A stretch of 63,766 bases of DNA, counting the filler, from Kipferlia bialata (Eukaryota), in NCBI GenBank assembly GCA_003568945.1. It is 5 parts of 5 records of this genome, joined end to end, with 100 filler letters (N's around TTAATTAATTAA, not from the genome) between each part and the next. Parts side by side here need not be neighbours in the genome. Positions count along the whole stretch, not along the records: positions 1 to 15,844 come from BDIP01000430.1; 4 more parts are not named here. The stretch is one strand, 5' to 3'. The notes beneath the pieces are model-generated. The model searched no databases. It had not been told where the DNA came from and worked only from the letters and a program-made list of their open reading frames with translations. Shown here piece after piece: positions 1 to 13,024 of the stretch (position 1 is its first letter; every line of letters starts with the position of its first letter). The translations under genes and the position numbers were made by a program.

Positions 1-28
1 GGGGGGGGGGGGGGGGGGGGGGGGGGGG

Positions 29-64
<36 letters not shown>

Positions 65-401
65 AAGAGAGAGGCGAATTGTATAGGATCCTTTCAGGCC
101 CATATTCTAGCAGATGTAGTATTACATATCATCTCTCCGACCCACAACGGTCACTGACTGTATACATCAATTGGGATGTCACACCTGTAGCAATGCCGTA
201 AAAGACCCCATACTCAGGGGTGGACTGCAACGCTGTCATAGCAGCCAAGATGCCACCACGTACTAGTGTGGAAGTGTGTGTGTGTGAGTAAAGAGACATC
301 ACTGATGACATCAATCAATGTGTCTGTGTTCGAGTAGATCTGGGGGTCCAAGATCCATCCTTGGAGTCATATCAACATGCTCTCTACCCTCCAAGTCTAT
401 C

Positions 402-1815
402 ATGCCACACGCCATTGCCCTTGGGACCTGGCAGCTGAAGGGCCAGGCTGCCACCGACCTGGTGAGGGGTGCCATTCTGGAGGGAGGGGTCAGAGGTAAG
501 GCAGAATAGAGACCGCTTGGGTGTACAGTACTGTATCTCTAACTCTCTGTCTCTGGAATGTGCCCTCACCTCCAGAGATTGACTGTGCGTGGGAGTACCT
601 CAATGAGGTTGAGATTGGGGTGGGGGTCAAGGAGGCCATCCAGACAGGTGCCACGACTTTGCAGTGAGTGTATATCTGTGCTACTGTACAGCTCCCATAT
701 ATCCGTCTGGTCTGGACCTGCGCAGCTCCCCCCCCCCCCCTGACTGTCCAGGCGTTGTGTCCCGTGAGGACCTCACCATAACCTCCAAGCTCTGGGGAAC
801 CTTCCACAGACCTGAGCTGGTGCGCCCTGCCCTACTACAGTCCCTGGACAACCTGGGCGTATCGTATCTGGACACATACATCATCCACTGGCCCATGTCG
901 TTCAGACCCATGCCAGTCAAGGAGGGGGACGGTCTCATCCCACCCTATGCCGCAGTGACAGACGAGATGCTCTACCCAAGGGGGGAGGACGGCAAGATAG
1001 CCTACGACAGAACAAGGTACTGGACCAGTGTCATCTAGATACATATACAGATGCCCCCCCCCCCCCCCTTCTCGTGTCTAACCCCAGCGTGCTTGACACG
1101 TGGCGTGCCATGGAGGCCCTGGTGGATGAGGGGCTGGTCAGACACATCGGGGTCAGGTACATATGGGGTAGGATAGGATAGATATGGGGTAGGGTCATGG
1201 CTGGGCCACTCTATTGTACCCTTCTCACTCAGCAACTTCCCGGTCATTCTGCTGCACGACCTACTCTGTGGCAACAGACACCCAGTCTACTGCAACCAGG
1301 CAAGAGGATTATCTAAAACATAGCTGAAGAGACTGGTTACCATACAGAGTGACTAATGCACAGATAGAACTTCACTGTCTTCTCCAACAGAGGCCACTAG
1401 TAGATTACTGCATAGAGAGGGGTGTGAGGGTAGTCGGGTACTCACCCCTGGGTGGCAGCTACACATACGGTGCCCACAAGGGGGTGCACCTACTGGCCAA
1501 CAGTGTGGTGGGGGAGGTGGCAGAGAGGCACTCCTGCACACCCGCCCAGGTGCTGCTGCGGTACCTGACCCAGCGCTATGGAGACATGGTCACCCTCATC
1601 CCTCGCACCAGGTATTATGCTACATATATATACATACTATACACGTGTCCACCCTCTGACCTAACACCAGACACGTCGAGAGGACCTCCCAGAACCTGGC
1701 TGCCCAGTCCATAACCCTGGATGAGGAGGCCATGGAGAGCCTGCTGGGACTGGACGCCAACATCAGATTCAATGATGCAGGCGGGGTACACTGGGGGGTC
1801 CCTTCCTTCGACTGA
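402..1815 (+). CDS. Aldo-keto reductase (AKR superfamily), multi-exon
   Basis: Spliced translation MPHAIALGTWQ...IDCAWEYLNEVEIG...REDLTITSKLW...LDNLGVSYLDTYIIHWP...WRAMEALVDEGLVRHIGVSNF...CNQ|IELH...GYSPLG...TPAQVLLRY...IPR. The catalytic D/Y/K/H motifs of AKRs are present; stop TGA at 1813-1815. Confidence 0.93.
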
Positions 1816-2009
1816 GGCGCAGATCGTATCAATCGAGTGTCTCAGATGTCACACTCGTGTCCACAATAGAGTTGACACATATAGATTCGGAATCTGCTGC
1901 ATGGCACCCTTCTTCAAAAACTCAAAATTAGGAGGAACTTTCTGGTCAGGGCCTCTCAAGCGACCAAGAAAGAGCGTGCTGTACCTCACTGTGGCTGCCT
2001 TTAAGCTCT

Positions 2010-5000
2010 ATGAGCTCTTTGCCATCACGGCTCCCTCACGTAACTCCCCTGAGGAGCTCTGTGGGAGCGAGAGAAGAGGCACCCCCTGTTTACAGACGAA
2101 CCTACCGCGTTCCGTCGGCTGGTACGAGCTATAGGGTTAGTTCAAAGCCAAGGCTTCCCCCAGCTGGTGCTTCTGTGAAAGCAAAGCGTCCTCCAAGCCC
2201 CTATCTCCACGTGAGACCCGCTTCAAGGTCTCAAAGTACCTATCGGCCAAAGAGTCGTGCAGACTCGACCCCAGGACACGCTAGGACCCGGAGCGCAGGA
2301 AGTGGTATGTACAACCCTCACAGAGAGACTCGCGAGCGGTCTACTCCCTCGAGCATGTCCCGACCTGGGTCTGCGATGCAGCAGAGTGGGCCCCAGCACC
2401 CCACCTCATCTGCTCACCAGAGCACCCTCAGCATCATAGAGCGGTGCTGGACGGACATGGGTCTGCCTGAGCAGGAGAGGCGGGTGCTGCGGTTGGCACT
2501 CACCCCCAGCCACTACCCTCTGTACAGCAGTGCCCTGACTGCAGTCCTGGCAGGCACAAAGTGAGTCACATTGACTAGTCTGTGTCACTGCTCTCAAACC
2601 CCCTCCTCACCCCCAGGTCTGTGACAATGGCCAACAAGGCCAGGGCCCTACATGTCAGAAGGATGCATGCGCTGGTGCAGGTACGTGTTGCAGAGATACT
2701 CTGTCCATACATTTGTATGCCTCAGGCTCCCTTTCTATTTGCTAACCACCAGAGTATTTTGACCCGGTATGCAGCCTCTGGGCAGGAGCATCTCTCTCCG
2801 GCAGACACCACGGCACTGTGCAGGTAGGACTGGGTGTTATATATACATCCAGTACTATCATCATTTATATACATCTACAATTATGGAGTGTAATATACGA
2901 TACATGTATATTTCCACGGCACTGTGCAGGTGGGTGTATTAGGACACGTCATGTACATGTATACATATACAATAGTGTGTTGTTTGTTTCATTCGATACG
3001 TGTGTATGCCCCCCCCCCCTTACCCCAGGCTGTACCAGTCTGTGCAGACCCACACCGCCCAGGTGGTCAATGCGGTGGAGGATGTGAGGAAGCACCTGTC
3101 GCGGCCTGGAGTAGGTGGCAGGATCAGGGGCATGACCAGTGATGCCCTGTCACCCCAGGCAGAGACAGGGGCGCACATACAGGGGCAGAGGGAGAGGGAG
3201 AGGGAGGGGGACAGACAGCCTGCTGTGTCACTGCTGCTGGGGGTGCTGCTGAGAGACCCCTCGTGCCGCACTGAGGCAGAGAGGGAGGGGGGAGAGAGGA
3301 GTGTGAGCAGGGGTGCCAGTAGGGCAGGGGAGAGAGGGCCGAGCAGGGCTGGGGAGGCACCAGGCGGCAGGAGGGCTGCCTCTCCCACCCCCTTACCCCA
3401 TCTGAGGGGGTCCAGACCCACTGAGTCTGTGGATCACCCCTCTACCCCCTCTACCGCAGCTGGTACTGGTGCACCCACCCGCCCTGCCCGTCCCACCACG
3501 CCAGGGGGTCTCAAGAGGCAGAGGACTATCGACATGTTCAGCAGAACCAGCACCATGCTGGGGTCGGCCAACCCCCTTGTCTATCTGACAGGGGCCCTCA
3601 TAGACTGTGCGGGGGTCGACAAGGTGGGTGGATGTGTGTGTGTATAGTGGGTATGTGTCTTTAGACAGACATACCTACCCACCCTCCCTGTTAATGGTCC
3701 ATTAGCCCTCCTGACCCCCAGGTCCTGCTGTCCAACCGTGAGATCAAGGGTGCCCTCAAGGGCATGGTCCTCAACACACAGGCACCTGGCCCTGTCTGCA
3801 GGTGCAGTGAGAGGGCACTCACGGCAGGTGGTGCAGTTATTGCGATGACTATACAGTGTATCTATATACCTCTATTCTCCTCTCACCTATTCTTATCTCT
3901 AGGCATCGAGCGCATGCCCTACTCCTGTATCGCCCATGTGCTACAGGACGTGGCCTATGCTTACTCCCTCGACACCCGCTTTGTCCCAGCTGCCCTGCTC
4001 AATGACAGCTGGAAGGTGACCCAGGCAGAGAGGGAGCAGATAGCCTCCCTGGGCATAGCCGCAGCCTGCATGCATGTCCTGTTGGGAGTGTCCTTCGACA
4101 CAGACAACGTGACACCCCCAGTCACAGTGCAGGCACATAGGCTGCTGGCCTGTCTGCGGCGTCTGGGCCCCTATCTCTCTCTGCCTGCCCTCCTATCCAA
4201 GGCCATGAGACACATGGTGACTAACAAGGGGGACTCACTGAAGAAGGCAATGGTGAAGGTGGGTGCTGGGTTGTTGCAGAGAGACATTACTTGGTAGTAT
4301 TGCCCCCCCCCCCCCTCTCACCCCCCAGGTTGGTGCCCGCACTGTGAGGGTGCACCCCTCCATGGCCTCTGCGGCCTCAGTTCTCATGAGAGAGCCCACC
4401 AGTGTGCTGGCACTGACTGACGAGGAGAAGCAGCTCCAGGCTGACCACCGTGTGCTGCTCTCCGTCCCCCTCCCCCCCTTCCCCCTGCCTGCCCTGTTCT
4501 ACAGAGGGGTGGGGGCAGTGTCCACCAGGGAGGACGGGCACCTGGACGTGCTGTTCACACCTGATGTGCTGAGGACGGATGGGGACGACATGGGTGTGTA
4601 TCTGGAGAGGAGCATGCTGGTGAGTCTGGGTCTGGAGGAGGCGGAGCAGAGGGAGACGGAGGAGGGAGAGGGTGGGAAGGCCGAGGAGGAGGAGGAGCCA
4701 CCCTCCCCACCCCCTCCCCCCACGCCGCCCACCCTCCCCTCCCGCCCCCAGTCTGCTATGGGTAGGCCTGTCATCACGTCCAAGGGCGACAGAGGGCGTC
4801 CCCTGACCACAGTGCCTGAGGGGGCAGAGGGCGAGGGGGAGGGGGAGGAGGCCCGGCCCCTGTCTGTTGTGTTTGACAGTGTGTCTGACATGCTGGGGGG
4901 CATGAGTCTGGGCAGCCAGAGGCAGAGAGACAGGGAGAGAGAGAGGGAGCAGCGCATGGCAGGGCTGGCAGTGGGTGCCAAGCACAAGAGAGGCAAGGCA

Positions 5001-5045
5001 AAGCGCCCAGCAGACCTTCCCACCATCAACCTCGACAGCGACTAG
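2010..5045 (+). CDS. Hypothetical protein, multi-exon, with low-complexity Ser/Arg/Pro N-terminus and acidic C-terminus
   Basis: Chain of GC-rich ORF segments (2010-2560, 3030-3623, 3903-4258, 4329-5045) separated by short GT..cccag introns. No family recognised; start uncertain. Confidence 0.65.
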
Positions 5046-5443
5046 GGTACTTCTAGGCATGAGGCCTAGTTGGGTCACTCTATTCCCATTCCCCTTGGTT
5101 TAGATGTGTGCATTGATCGGTTCAGTAGTGTTGTTACCTTGTCTTTTGTGTTGTATTGCACTTTGTGTTGTATTGTTAGTGTGCATTCCATCTTTCGATT
5201 AAATATGGAGTTTGTAGAGAGCTTGAGTCGAGTCTATTACAGACCTAGTCAACACAGTCCATTGACTGAGTCAGAGGGTAAACATGTCTCCCTACATTAT
5301 ACTGGTATCGGTGTGACCCTCTGAAGATACAGTACATACTCCAGAGGCGTCAGTACAGCCACACCAGATATTTCCGAACACACGAATACAGCCATATACT
5401 CATAAGCCATGCCCTATTCTTAGCCAGAGATCGAAACATGTCA

Positions 5444-5616
5444 GGTGCAACAAACTGCACCAATCTGGTAAAAACAGCGGAAACGCGGCCTGAAAGGCAT
5501 CGGCGGGGCATCAAGTCACTAGGAATAGATGCTTGTACTTCGCGGACTGAACCCAGGACCGCGTTTTCAAACCACTGTCAACGGCCGACCATCCAGAGGG
5601 TGTTGACAGTGGGACA
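5444..5616. ncRNA. Candidate structured RNA element between convergent genes
   Basis: Three adjacent inverted-repeat pairs, including a perfect 11-bp stem (5572-5582/5602-5612); CpG-rich. No family motif recognised. Confidence 0.3.
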
Positions 5617-5715
5617 GGCTGCACTCACACATGAGGTATCACTCCAAATTCGACCTCGGAGGGCCTTGTGCACATAGGATCAGGGTCACGTTCTGGGAGT
5701 GGGTCCCCTCCGCAT

Positions 5716-8700
5716 CTACCTAATGGCCGCTGCCTCTGCACCCTCCTGTGGCTCCTGCCCTATCTCCCTCAGGGCAGAGGCTAGAGAGGCATTTCTGGGA
5801 TCAGACACAACACAAAGCATACTTCATATTCACACACCCCCCCACCTCTCCTTCTCCTCCTGGAGCTCTGCCTCGGCCACCCTCATCCTCTCCTTCTCTC
5901 TCTCCAGCTCCTCTCTCCTCTCCTCTCTCCCCTGTCTGGCACCTGCTGCCTCCATCAACGGTATCTGCCTGCGTCTCAGTGCCACAAGCTCCTCGGCCTT
6001 GGCCACAAGGTCTCTCAGCCTCTCCACCTCTCTCTCTCTCTCCTTGCAGGCATGTCTCAGGGTGCGGCACTGGGCATTGACCTGGGGTGGGAGACGGTAG
6101 GTAGGTCATATCTATACTGAAATAGATACTGGTACCTGCAGGTGGCGCAGCTCCTGGGTGGTGTACATGGCCACAGACACAACGTCAGGCCTGTCCTGCT
6201 GCATGAGAGAGGCCTCCTCCTCCCTGGGGTGAGAGGGAGAGAGAGAGTAGAGGTTGCACACTATCAAGAGTATACACTGGAGCACTGAATATAGACTCTC
6301 GGGAGAGTTGACTCCCACCTCAGTGCCTGTTCGTGCTCCTTCTGCACCGTCTCTCTCTCTCTCTGTGCCACGGTCTCTCTGTACTCCTGGTCATGCTTCA
6401 TGAAGGCACCGGCAGCATTCTTATCGGCCCTGCGGTCAGTTTGACAATGTGAGAATGTGATGGAAATTTACTAAGGGTGTGATAAGTGATGGAAAGGGAA
6501 CCCACCTCCTGGCTCTTATCCTCTGTGCGATGTCTGTGACTGCAGCCTTGGCCTTGGCTGACTTGGCCTGGGGGTCAGGGGGAGAGAGAGACAGAGTGAT
6601 TCAGTGACAACTGCAACACCCCATCATACACCCACCTTTGCCTTCTTCAGTGCAGCTGTGGCCTCCTTGATACCCATGCCAGTGCCCTCCTGGGCCTCCC
6701 TAGGGGGTAAGGGGGGGGGGGGTAGGGTGTGTGTATAAATTTGTGTATATCATACCACCCCACTCACTTGAGGTTTCTCTCGCAGTCTGCCTGTGCCTGT
6801 CTGGCCTCAGAGAGGGTGTGCTTGAGCCTATCTAGCTCCGAGGTCAGGGCTGCAATGTCCTGGGGGTAAGGGTATGTCAGGGGGGTAGGTACTACACACA
6901 CACAACCCCCTACCTTGGCTGCTATCTCTGCTGCGTCTCTGATCCCAGTCACGACAGTGTCATACAGACCGGCCTCAGTCAGGGCAGCCAGACGCTCGGC
7001 ACGGTCACTGGGGGTGAGACCATGGTAGTGAGGGAGGGACAGCAGGGGTAGGTGGATTACACCCACCTGGCAGCCTGTTTCTGCCTCTGCCGCCAGGACT
7101 GTCTCTTGGCATGCTCAAGGGCAACCATGTAGCGCTGCATACGCTCTGACGGTGAGGTGGAGATTCAAGGATACTTGTCAGGAATCCTCAATTGAGATGA
7201 GGTCCACCCCCACCTGCGTGTGACGTGTCCATCTCGCCCTGCCCCTGCCCTGCTCCCCCCTGGAGCTGGGCCCTCAGAGTCTCAATCTCCTCCCTCAGAG
7301 ACGCAATGACCGTGGCAGACTCATCCTGGGGTGGGGGTATATATATATGTACACATTCATGTAGGACACAGTGCCTGTCTGCCCCTCACCTCGTTCTTCT
7401 TGACACTGTTGGTGATGATCTTGGCACGTCTGGCAAAGCCTAGGGTGCCCAGGGTCTCCTGGCACTGTACCCTAAGGGATGAGATACGTAGTCACCACCT
7501 ATCTGACAATACAAGAAAACACACCATTCATTCATTACAAGACACTCTACACAAGTTATACCTCGAGGGAGAAACTGTGGCGAGCATAGTCGTCCTTGCA
7601 TTGCCTCCCAGGGACTCCTGTAGAAGTCTAGTTAGCTTGCTGTTTCTATAGGGGATGAACGCAGCCTGGGAGGGACCCCTGCCCCTACTCTTGGACCTAT
7701 GGGTTAGGGGGGAGGTATGGAGGAAAGATACACTACACCTCTCTCACACTATATATATATATATATACATATGCCAGTACCTGGCCTGCTCGCTGAGTGC
7801 GTGGATGACATTACCAAGTGCCAAAAGAGCAGAGTTGATGGCCACTCCCTCCTGGAACCTGTCCCCTGCGGCACCTGGGGGGTGAGATACCAAACAATAG
7901 GTTACTAAAAATAACTAATTATAGAAAACACATTAATATGGTTCACAGTGGGTAGACACCCAAAACCCCACCAAACACACACCTGTCTTCTTGACCGACT
8001 CACTGCCTGCCAGATCAACCAGACTGAGCTTGGACACCAGGGTGGAGACTGTCTCTGTGTCCTTGACCGTCTCTGTCTGCCTCTGCTGCACCTTGAGACT
8101 GAACACAGTGTGGGACCGACTGGACTGGGCGTTCATGTCGGTGGAGCCAACCTGGCGCAGCTGGGCGGCCTAGAGGTTAGGAGGTGGCTGGATATACATA
8201 GAGTCCTACTCCTGTGGATACTGAATTAGTCGTGTACCTGCTGCGCCAGGGACATGACGTCTGACGCAGACTCCACCACCAGTTCGGTCAGGCCATTCAC
8301 AAAGATGCCCAGCTTGGGGTGCTCCCTGGGGTTGGGGACATAGGAGGGTGTGGAAGAACATACATACATATAGAATACACTACCTGATCTCCAGTGGTGT
8401 GTTGGAAGATGGTGAGAGCAGGTCCCTGAGACTGTCCTTGTACAGTTCCTGGGGGGTCAGTGGCAGTATCAGTATCAGTATCAAAGGTACATATGGAGAG
8501 GGTCTCTCTATACAACACATACCAGATAGGAGAGTGTGACCAGAAACTCGTGCTTCTCGTCCTTCATGGTGTCCATCCTCTCAAAGAGCTCAGTATTGAG
8601 CCGGGGGATGATGCCTGGTGAGACATGGTCACCACTCACAGAGTATGTCTTACCAGAGCCTGGGGTGGGGAGATGAGAGACAGATGAGGTGTTCAACACT

Positions 8701-9527
8701 CTAAATATACACTTGTATGTGCATACCTGTCTGTCCGTACGCAAAGAGTGTGCTGTGGTACCCCGACAGAGTGGAGTCCAGGAGGGAGGGGCCAAGGGCT
8801 GAGTAGAGCTGGGGGTCAGAGTGAGGGACTACAAAGTCTCTTGACCAGGAGAGGGAGATATAGAGGGAGAGAGAGTAGAATATATCTGTCCACCACCCAC
8901 CTCATCATTCCCTGAGCCGGGTGGGAACACGTGGTCGAAGGTGTACCGCTGTATGGGGCTCTTGGCTGCCCCTGAGTTGGGTGTCCTGCCCTTGGGCCCT
9001 GCCTTGGGGGGGACAGTCCCCTCGGTGTCAACCTCAATCACTGGGGCACCCTCCTCCGTGGTGACACACATAGGCTGGCCACGCTCGCTCTCATTGGGGG
9101 GCCTGAGGGTGAGGTTACGGCAGTAGATGGTAGTGTACTACATAGCGCATTATAGGATAAGAGGGCACACTAAACTATACTACTAGTGCTGACAGTAGAC
9201 ACTGCCTCCGAAAGTGCGGGGAATATACTAGAGGTGCAAGGAGTGGTATATATAGTGAGTAAATACCACTGAGAGTGTGACTGGTTTGTCAATGACCAAT
9301 GATATATACCACACGAACCTGACTCGGACTGCCACCCTCACGTTCTCTGCCCCCTGTCCGCCTGCCCTGGCCTTAGGCTTAGCCTTGCCCTTGGGCCCCC
9401 CCTTCTGGCCAGGGCGCAGGCGGGATGATGAGTTGGATCTGGCCAGTCTCTTCACAGACCCTGACCGGGCCATCCCCCTGCCCCCGGCAGAGGCCTTCCC
9501 ACGCACAGGACGTGTGGCCTGTGGCAT
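5716..9527 (-). CDS. Kinesin with N-terminal motor domain and coiled-coil tail
   Basis: [33 protein letters not shown] (P-loop), MNAQSSRSH (switch I), [10 protein letters not shown] (switch II), [33 protein letters not shown], followed by coiled-coil exons. ATG at 9527, TAG at 5716-5718. Confidence 0.95.
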
Positions 9528-9739
9528 GGGAGTCCTATTAGCTTGATGAGGTCCAGTATGGACGGGGGTCGGTGGTGTATATAAATAGCGACAGCAAGCA
9601 TGGTCACTTTTTGTTTGACTTAAACCCCTTTTCAACTCGATCAACTCGCCAGATTATATTGAACGGCCGCCTCTATAGTGTGACTCTGCGTGGCTCTTGG
9701 CTGCTTTGTCAGTACCCACGCAGTCTGAGGAGGCGGCAC

Positions 9740-12700
9740 ATGCTAGATGACCAGTCCATTATGTCGCAGCAGGGGACGGACTTCCCGTTTATTGAGGTGA
9801 TAATGTGAAGGATGGTATGTGATATGTGCCAGAATTGCGGCATTGTCTCACAACGCCATTTCTCCTCTCACATGCAGGATTTGATACGGGAGCTGGCTCC
9901 TCGGACACCTCTCAATGCTCCAGGTATGTGATTATATGTATCTAGTCCTCTGTGGCGACAGGCGCCCATCGGACTCTGGATTGAGTAGACTCTCTCAGTC
10001 TCACCCTCTGTTGATCTGTCTTCCACCAGGTGATGAAGGCACCTCTCAGCTAACCCCGCTCTCTCGTTCCTTGGCTCTGAGGGACCCTTGTGAGCAGCCC
10101 CACCTGTTCTCACAGTACATGTGCATACTCAATGGTATGTGATTGGTGTATTCCCATCAATACCTTTGTCTCCCTCAGCCCGCAGTGTAATTGTAATATG
10201 GATGTGTCGCGCACGTGTCTTCTACGTCGTGTATGGGGTGGGCCCTTCTCTCTCTTCTTCTGCCCCCCCCCCGCCCCCTCTCTGCCCGTCTCACCTAGGC
10301 TCTGTTCTCCCTACCGTTGGACATTCCCTGGCCCCTCTCCTCCTGCCCCTCCATACCATAGACACCAGCCTCAATGAGGGACACAAGGTCCCAGGCAGCG
10401 TGGCCAAGATATACACGTGCGTCCGTATTATATTTACCTTTTCATTTTCCATTCATCTCTACACAATATGCCTTGATACCATTACTCCGTCTCAACCTGA
10501 CCTCAGCCAGACCGTGTCCTCTCTCATTCAGGACTCTGCTTGGTCAGCCATGGGGACCCAGGTACATGGAGAGAGTATGCAGAGAGAAGATATTCAGAGA
10601 ATAGCAATGTAACCTGTATATTTGGTACACCACCATCTCATATGCCTCTACTTTCTCTTACCCCCAGGATGCGTTGTCTCTGCTCAAGTGCTCCATCTCC
10701 GCCCACCGTGTGTGTCCCACTGGGGGTGTGGTGCCTGCCCTTCTGTTCAGACTGGCCTCTCGACCCCCTCCCTCCGAGGCCCATGCCCTTGCCACTCTGA
10801 TAAGGGCCATGCCCAGGGCACAGGGGTCTAGACAGACACAGGCACAGGCACAGGCACAGTCCAGACACTCTCTGTCCTGCCTGGGCCCTGCCCTAGTGGC
10901 TGTGTGTACATACTGCCCTGCCACTATGCTGCAGCACATGTACTCCTGCATATGCCACGTGACCAAGATAGGCACTGTACTAGATACAATGGCAGGCCCC
11001 GCCTCCCTCCCCCTTCCAGTCACATCTGCAGTGTCTGCCCTGGGGTCAGCAGGTACAGCACTCATTACTCTAATGAAGGTGTACATCCACTATACTTATA
11101 CCCCAGGCGTTGTGCGTCTGCTGTCTGTGGCCGGGTGCTCCAGTCTCTGTGCCAGATGGCTGGCCAGGAGGGTGAGGGTGGAGAGGGAGAGAGGTACACC
11201 CACAGAGGTCATAGTCAGAGGGATGACCAGTGCGGTGGTGGGAGGTATGGACACAGGGACATGTATACATATCACCTCTATCACCTTGCTAATATCAGGC
11301 CACCCGTCTGTGTGTCAGGTAGTGACCCTTGTTGCCGGTGCCCTGCTCGATGCCTCTGGCGCCACCCACATGCATTCCACCCTCCGTGCCATACCACCCT
11401 GCAGGGGTATGGTGCATCCCCTGCAGATGATGAGGGTGGTATGCTCCCTGGGTGGCATGCCCCCACCCCCCTCTGCCTCTGTGCCTAGGGGTGTCTCTGC
11501 CCTTGTATCTAGTGCCTGTCTGGGCCAGGTCCAGGGGGCAGTGCAGGGGTGCGACACCTCGGCCCTCGATGCCGCCCTAGGGCTAGGGGCAGAGACAGAG
11601 AGGGAGAGAGAGAGGGAGAGAGAGGCCGAGGGTGTGCTGCACCGTGTGCCTGTGGGGGTGGGTGAGGTTGGTATGGGTGAGGCCCTACTGGCCAGGGCTA
11701 TCCTGAGGGGCAGTTCAGTGGGAGGGGATGAACTGAGAGAGAAGGTGCTGAGTGGGGGACGACAGGGGGAGAGGCAGAGAGACCGTGTCCCCTCCGTCCT
11801 CCCTACTTTTACTGCCCCTGTCCCATCTGTAGATACAGATGCTGCCCCTGTCCCCTCTGGATGTAGCTTTGCCAGCTCCACCTCTGCCCCCAGTGTGTCT
11901 GGGTCTCTATCCACACAGCATATACAGCATATGTCCACACAGCATATGTCCACACAGCAGTCGCCAAAGAGGGGGAGAGACATGCCTGGTATAGGGACCA
12001 AGGGAGTGGGTGGAGGGAGGACGCCATCTCTCACCCCTCGGCTGCCTACGCAGCATGTGCCTGTACCCCCTGTGCCCCATAGCCACCGACAGTCAGAGAG
12101 TGTGCCCACCCTCCCTGTCATCCCTGCCTCCTCAGCTGTGCCTAGAGAGGTGTCTAAGAGGGCTAGGCTGGCTGCATTCATGGCAGAGGATGGTGAGGGA
12201 GAGGGTAAGGCAAGGGAGAAAGGGATGGGTGCCATGCCCACCTTCCACGTCCCATCCCATGCCTCTAGTGCATCTGGTGACGGTAAGACTAACATTCCGA
12301 TGGGCAATGGGAAGGATGGAGACGGTGAGAGCAGGAGTGGCGTTGCTGACACCGGGTCTGTCTCAGCTGGTGGTGTCTCTGATACTGTGCCTGATGAGAG
12401 TGAGGATGAGGATGAAGACGATAGTGTCAGTGGCTCCAGTGCCCTACCCCCCACCCCACCCCACGGGATAGGCCTTACCCAGGCCATGGGTATGGGTACA
12501 CAGGGGGGGCAGGCACAGACTAGGGTGGGAGGGGGTGATCGGATAGCCACAGAGGCCGTCACCCCTGTTCGACCCTCTGCCAAGCGTCTGCCCCTGGCCA
12601 CCAGCACACAGCCACTCCCATCCCCTGGCACCGGCACAGGGACACACCCAGACAGGGAGATGGGGGATATCTTCTCCTCCTTCCCTGACCCCTCCCCTAT

Positions 12701-12857
12701 AGCCAAGGTCCCTCCCAGTATGGCCGGGGCCAGTCCCTCCAGGCCTCTAGGGTGGGGTGTGGATGGTGATATAGACACCCCTATGGATGGGACGGGGCAG
12801 GGGGGGATCGAGACTGAGGACTTCCTAGGGGCCAACATATTCCAGCTGTTTCAATAG
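9740..12857 (+). CDS. Hypothetical protein; short 5' exons then a ~2.2 kb terminal exon
   Basis: Exons MLDDQSIMSQQGTDFPFIE|DLIRELAPRTPLNAP|GDEGTSQ... with canonical splice sites lead into the 727-aa ORF 10674-12857. Head-to-head with the kinesin. No family recognised. Confidence 0.65.
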
Positions 12858-13024
12858 GCATAGCCATTATCAATGATGTCCCTTCTGTGTTGTCTCGCGT
12901 TCATGTACATAGGGAGTCTAAGAGTCCAATTCCTCTTTCTACAATCACAGGAATGAATAGACATATTCGTCAACCTTGCATCACTTACTACTAATTATAA
13001 TTCTATTCAATATTCATATCCTCC

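Noticed and set aside
1..72. Poly-G and (GA)n at segment ends (also ~15800, 35220, 61066, 63735)
   Set aside because: Intronic homopolymer or microsatellite tracts where assembly breaks; not telomeric repeats.
129..314. 61-aa minus-strand ORF divergent from the AKR
   Set aside because: It could be the first exon of a truncated gene, but I found no motif or clear splice support.
10030..10080. Box C/D-like GTGATGA...CTGA with partial complementarity to LSU rRNA (ccttggct)
   Set aside because: It lies exactly within an in-frame exon (ccag|GTGATGAAGGC.. = GDEGTSQ..) of the 9740-12857 gene. The guide match is short and there is no good terminal stem.
11315..12838. 507-aa antisense ORF and other antisense or alternate-frame ORFs over GC-rich exons
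   Set aside because: Shadow ORFs of low-complexity coding sequence with no independent motifs.
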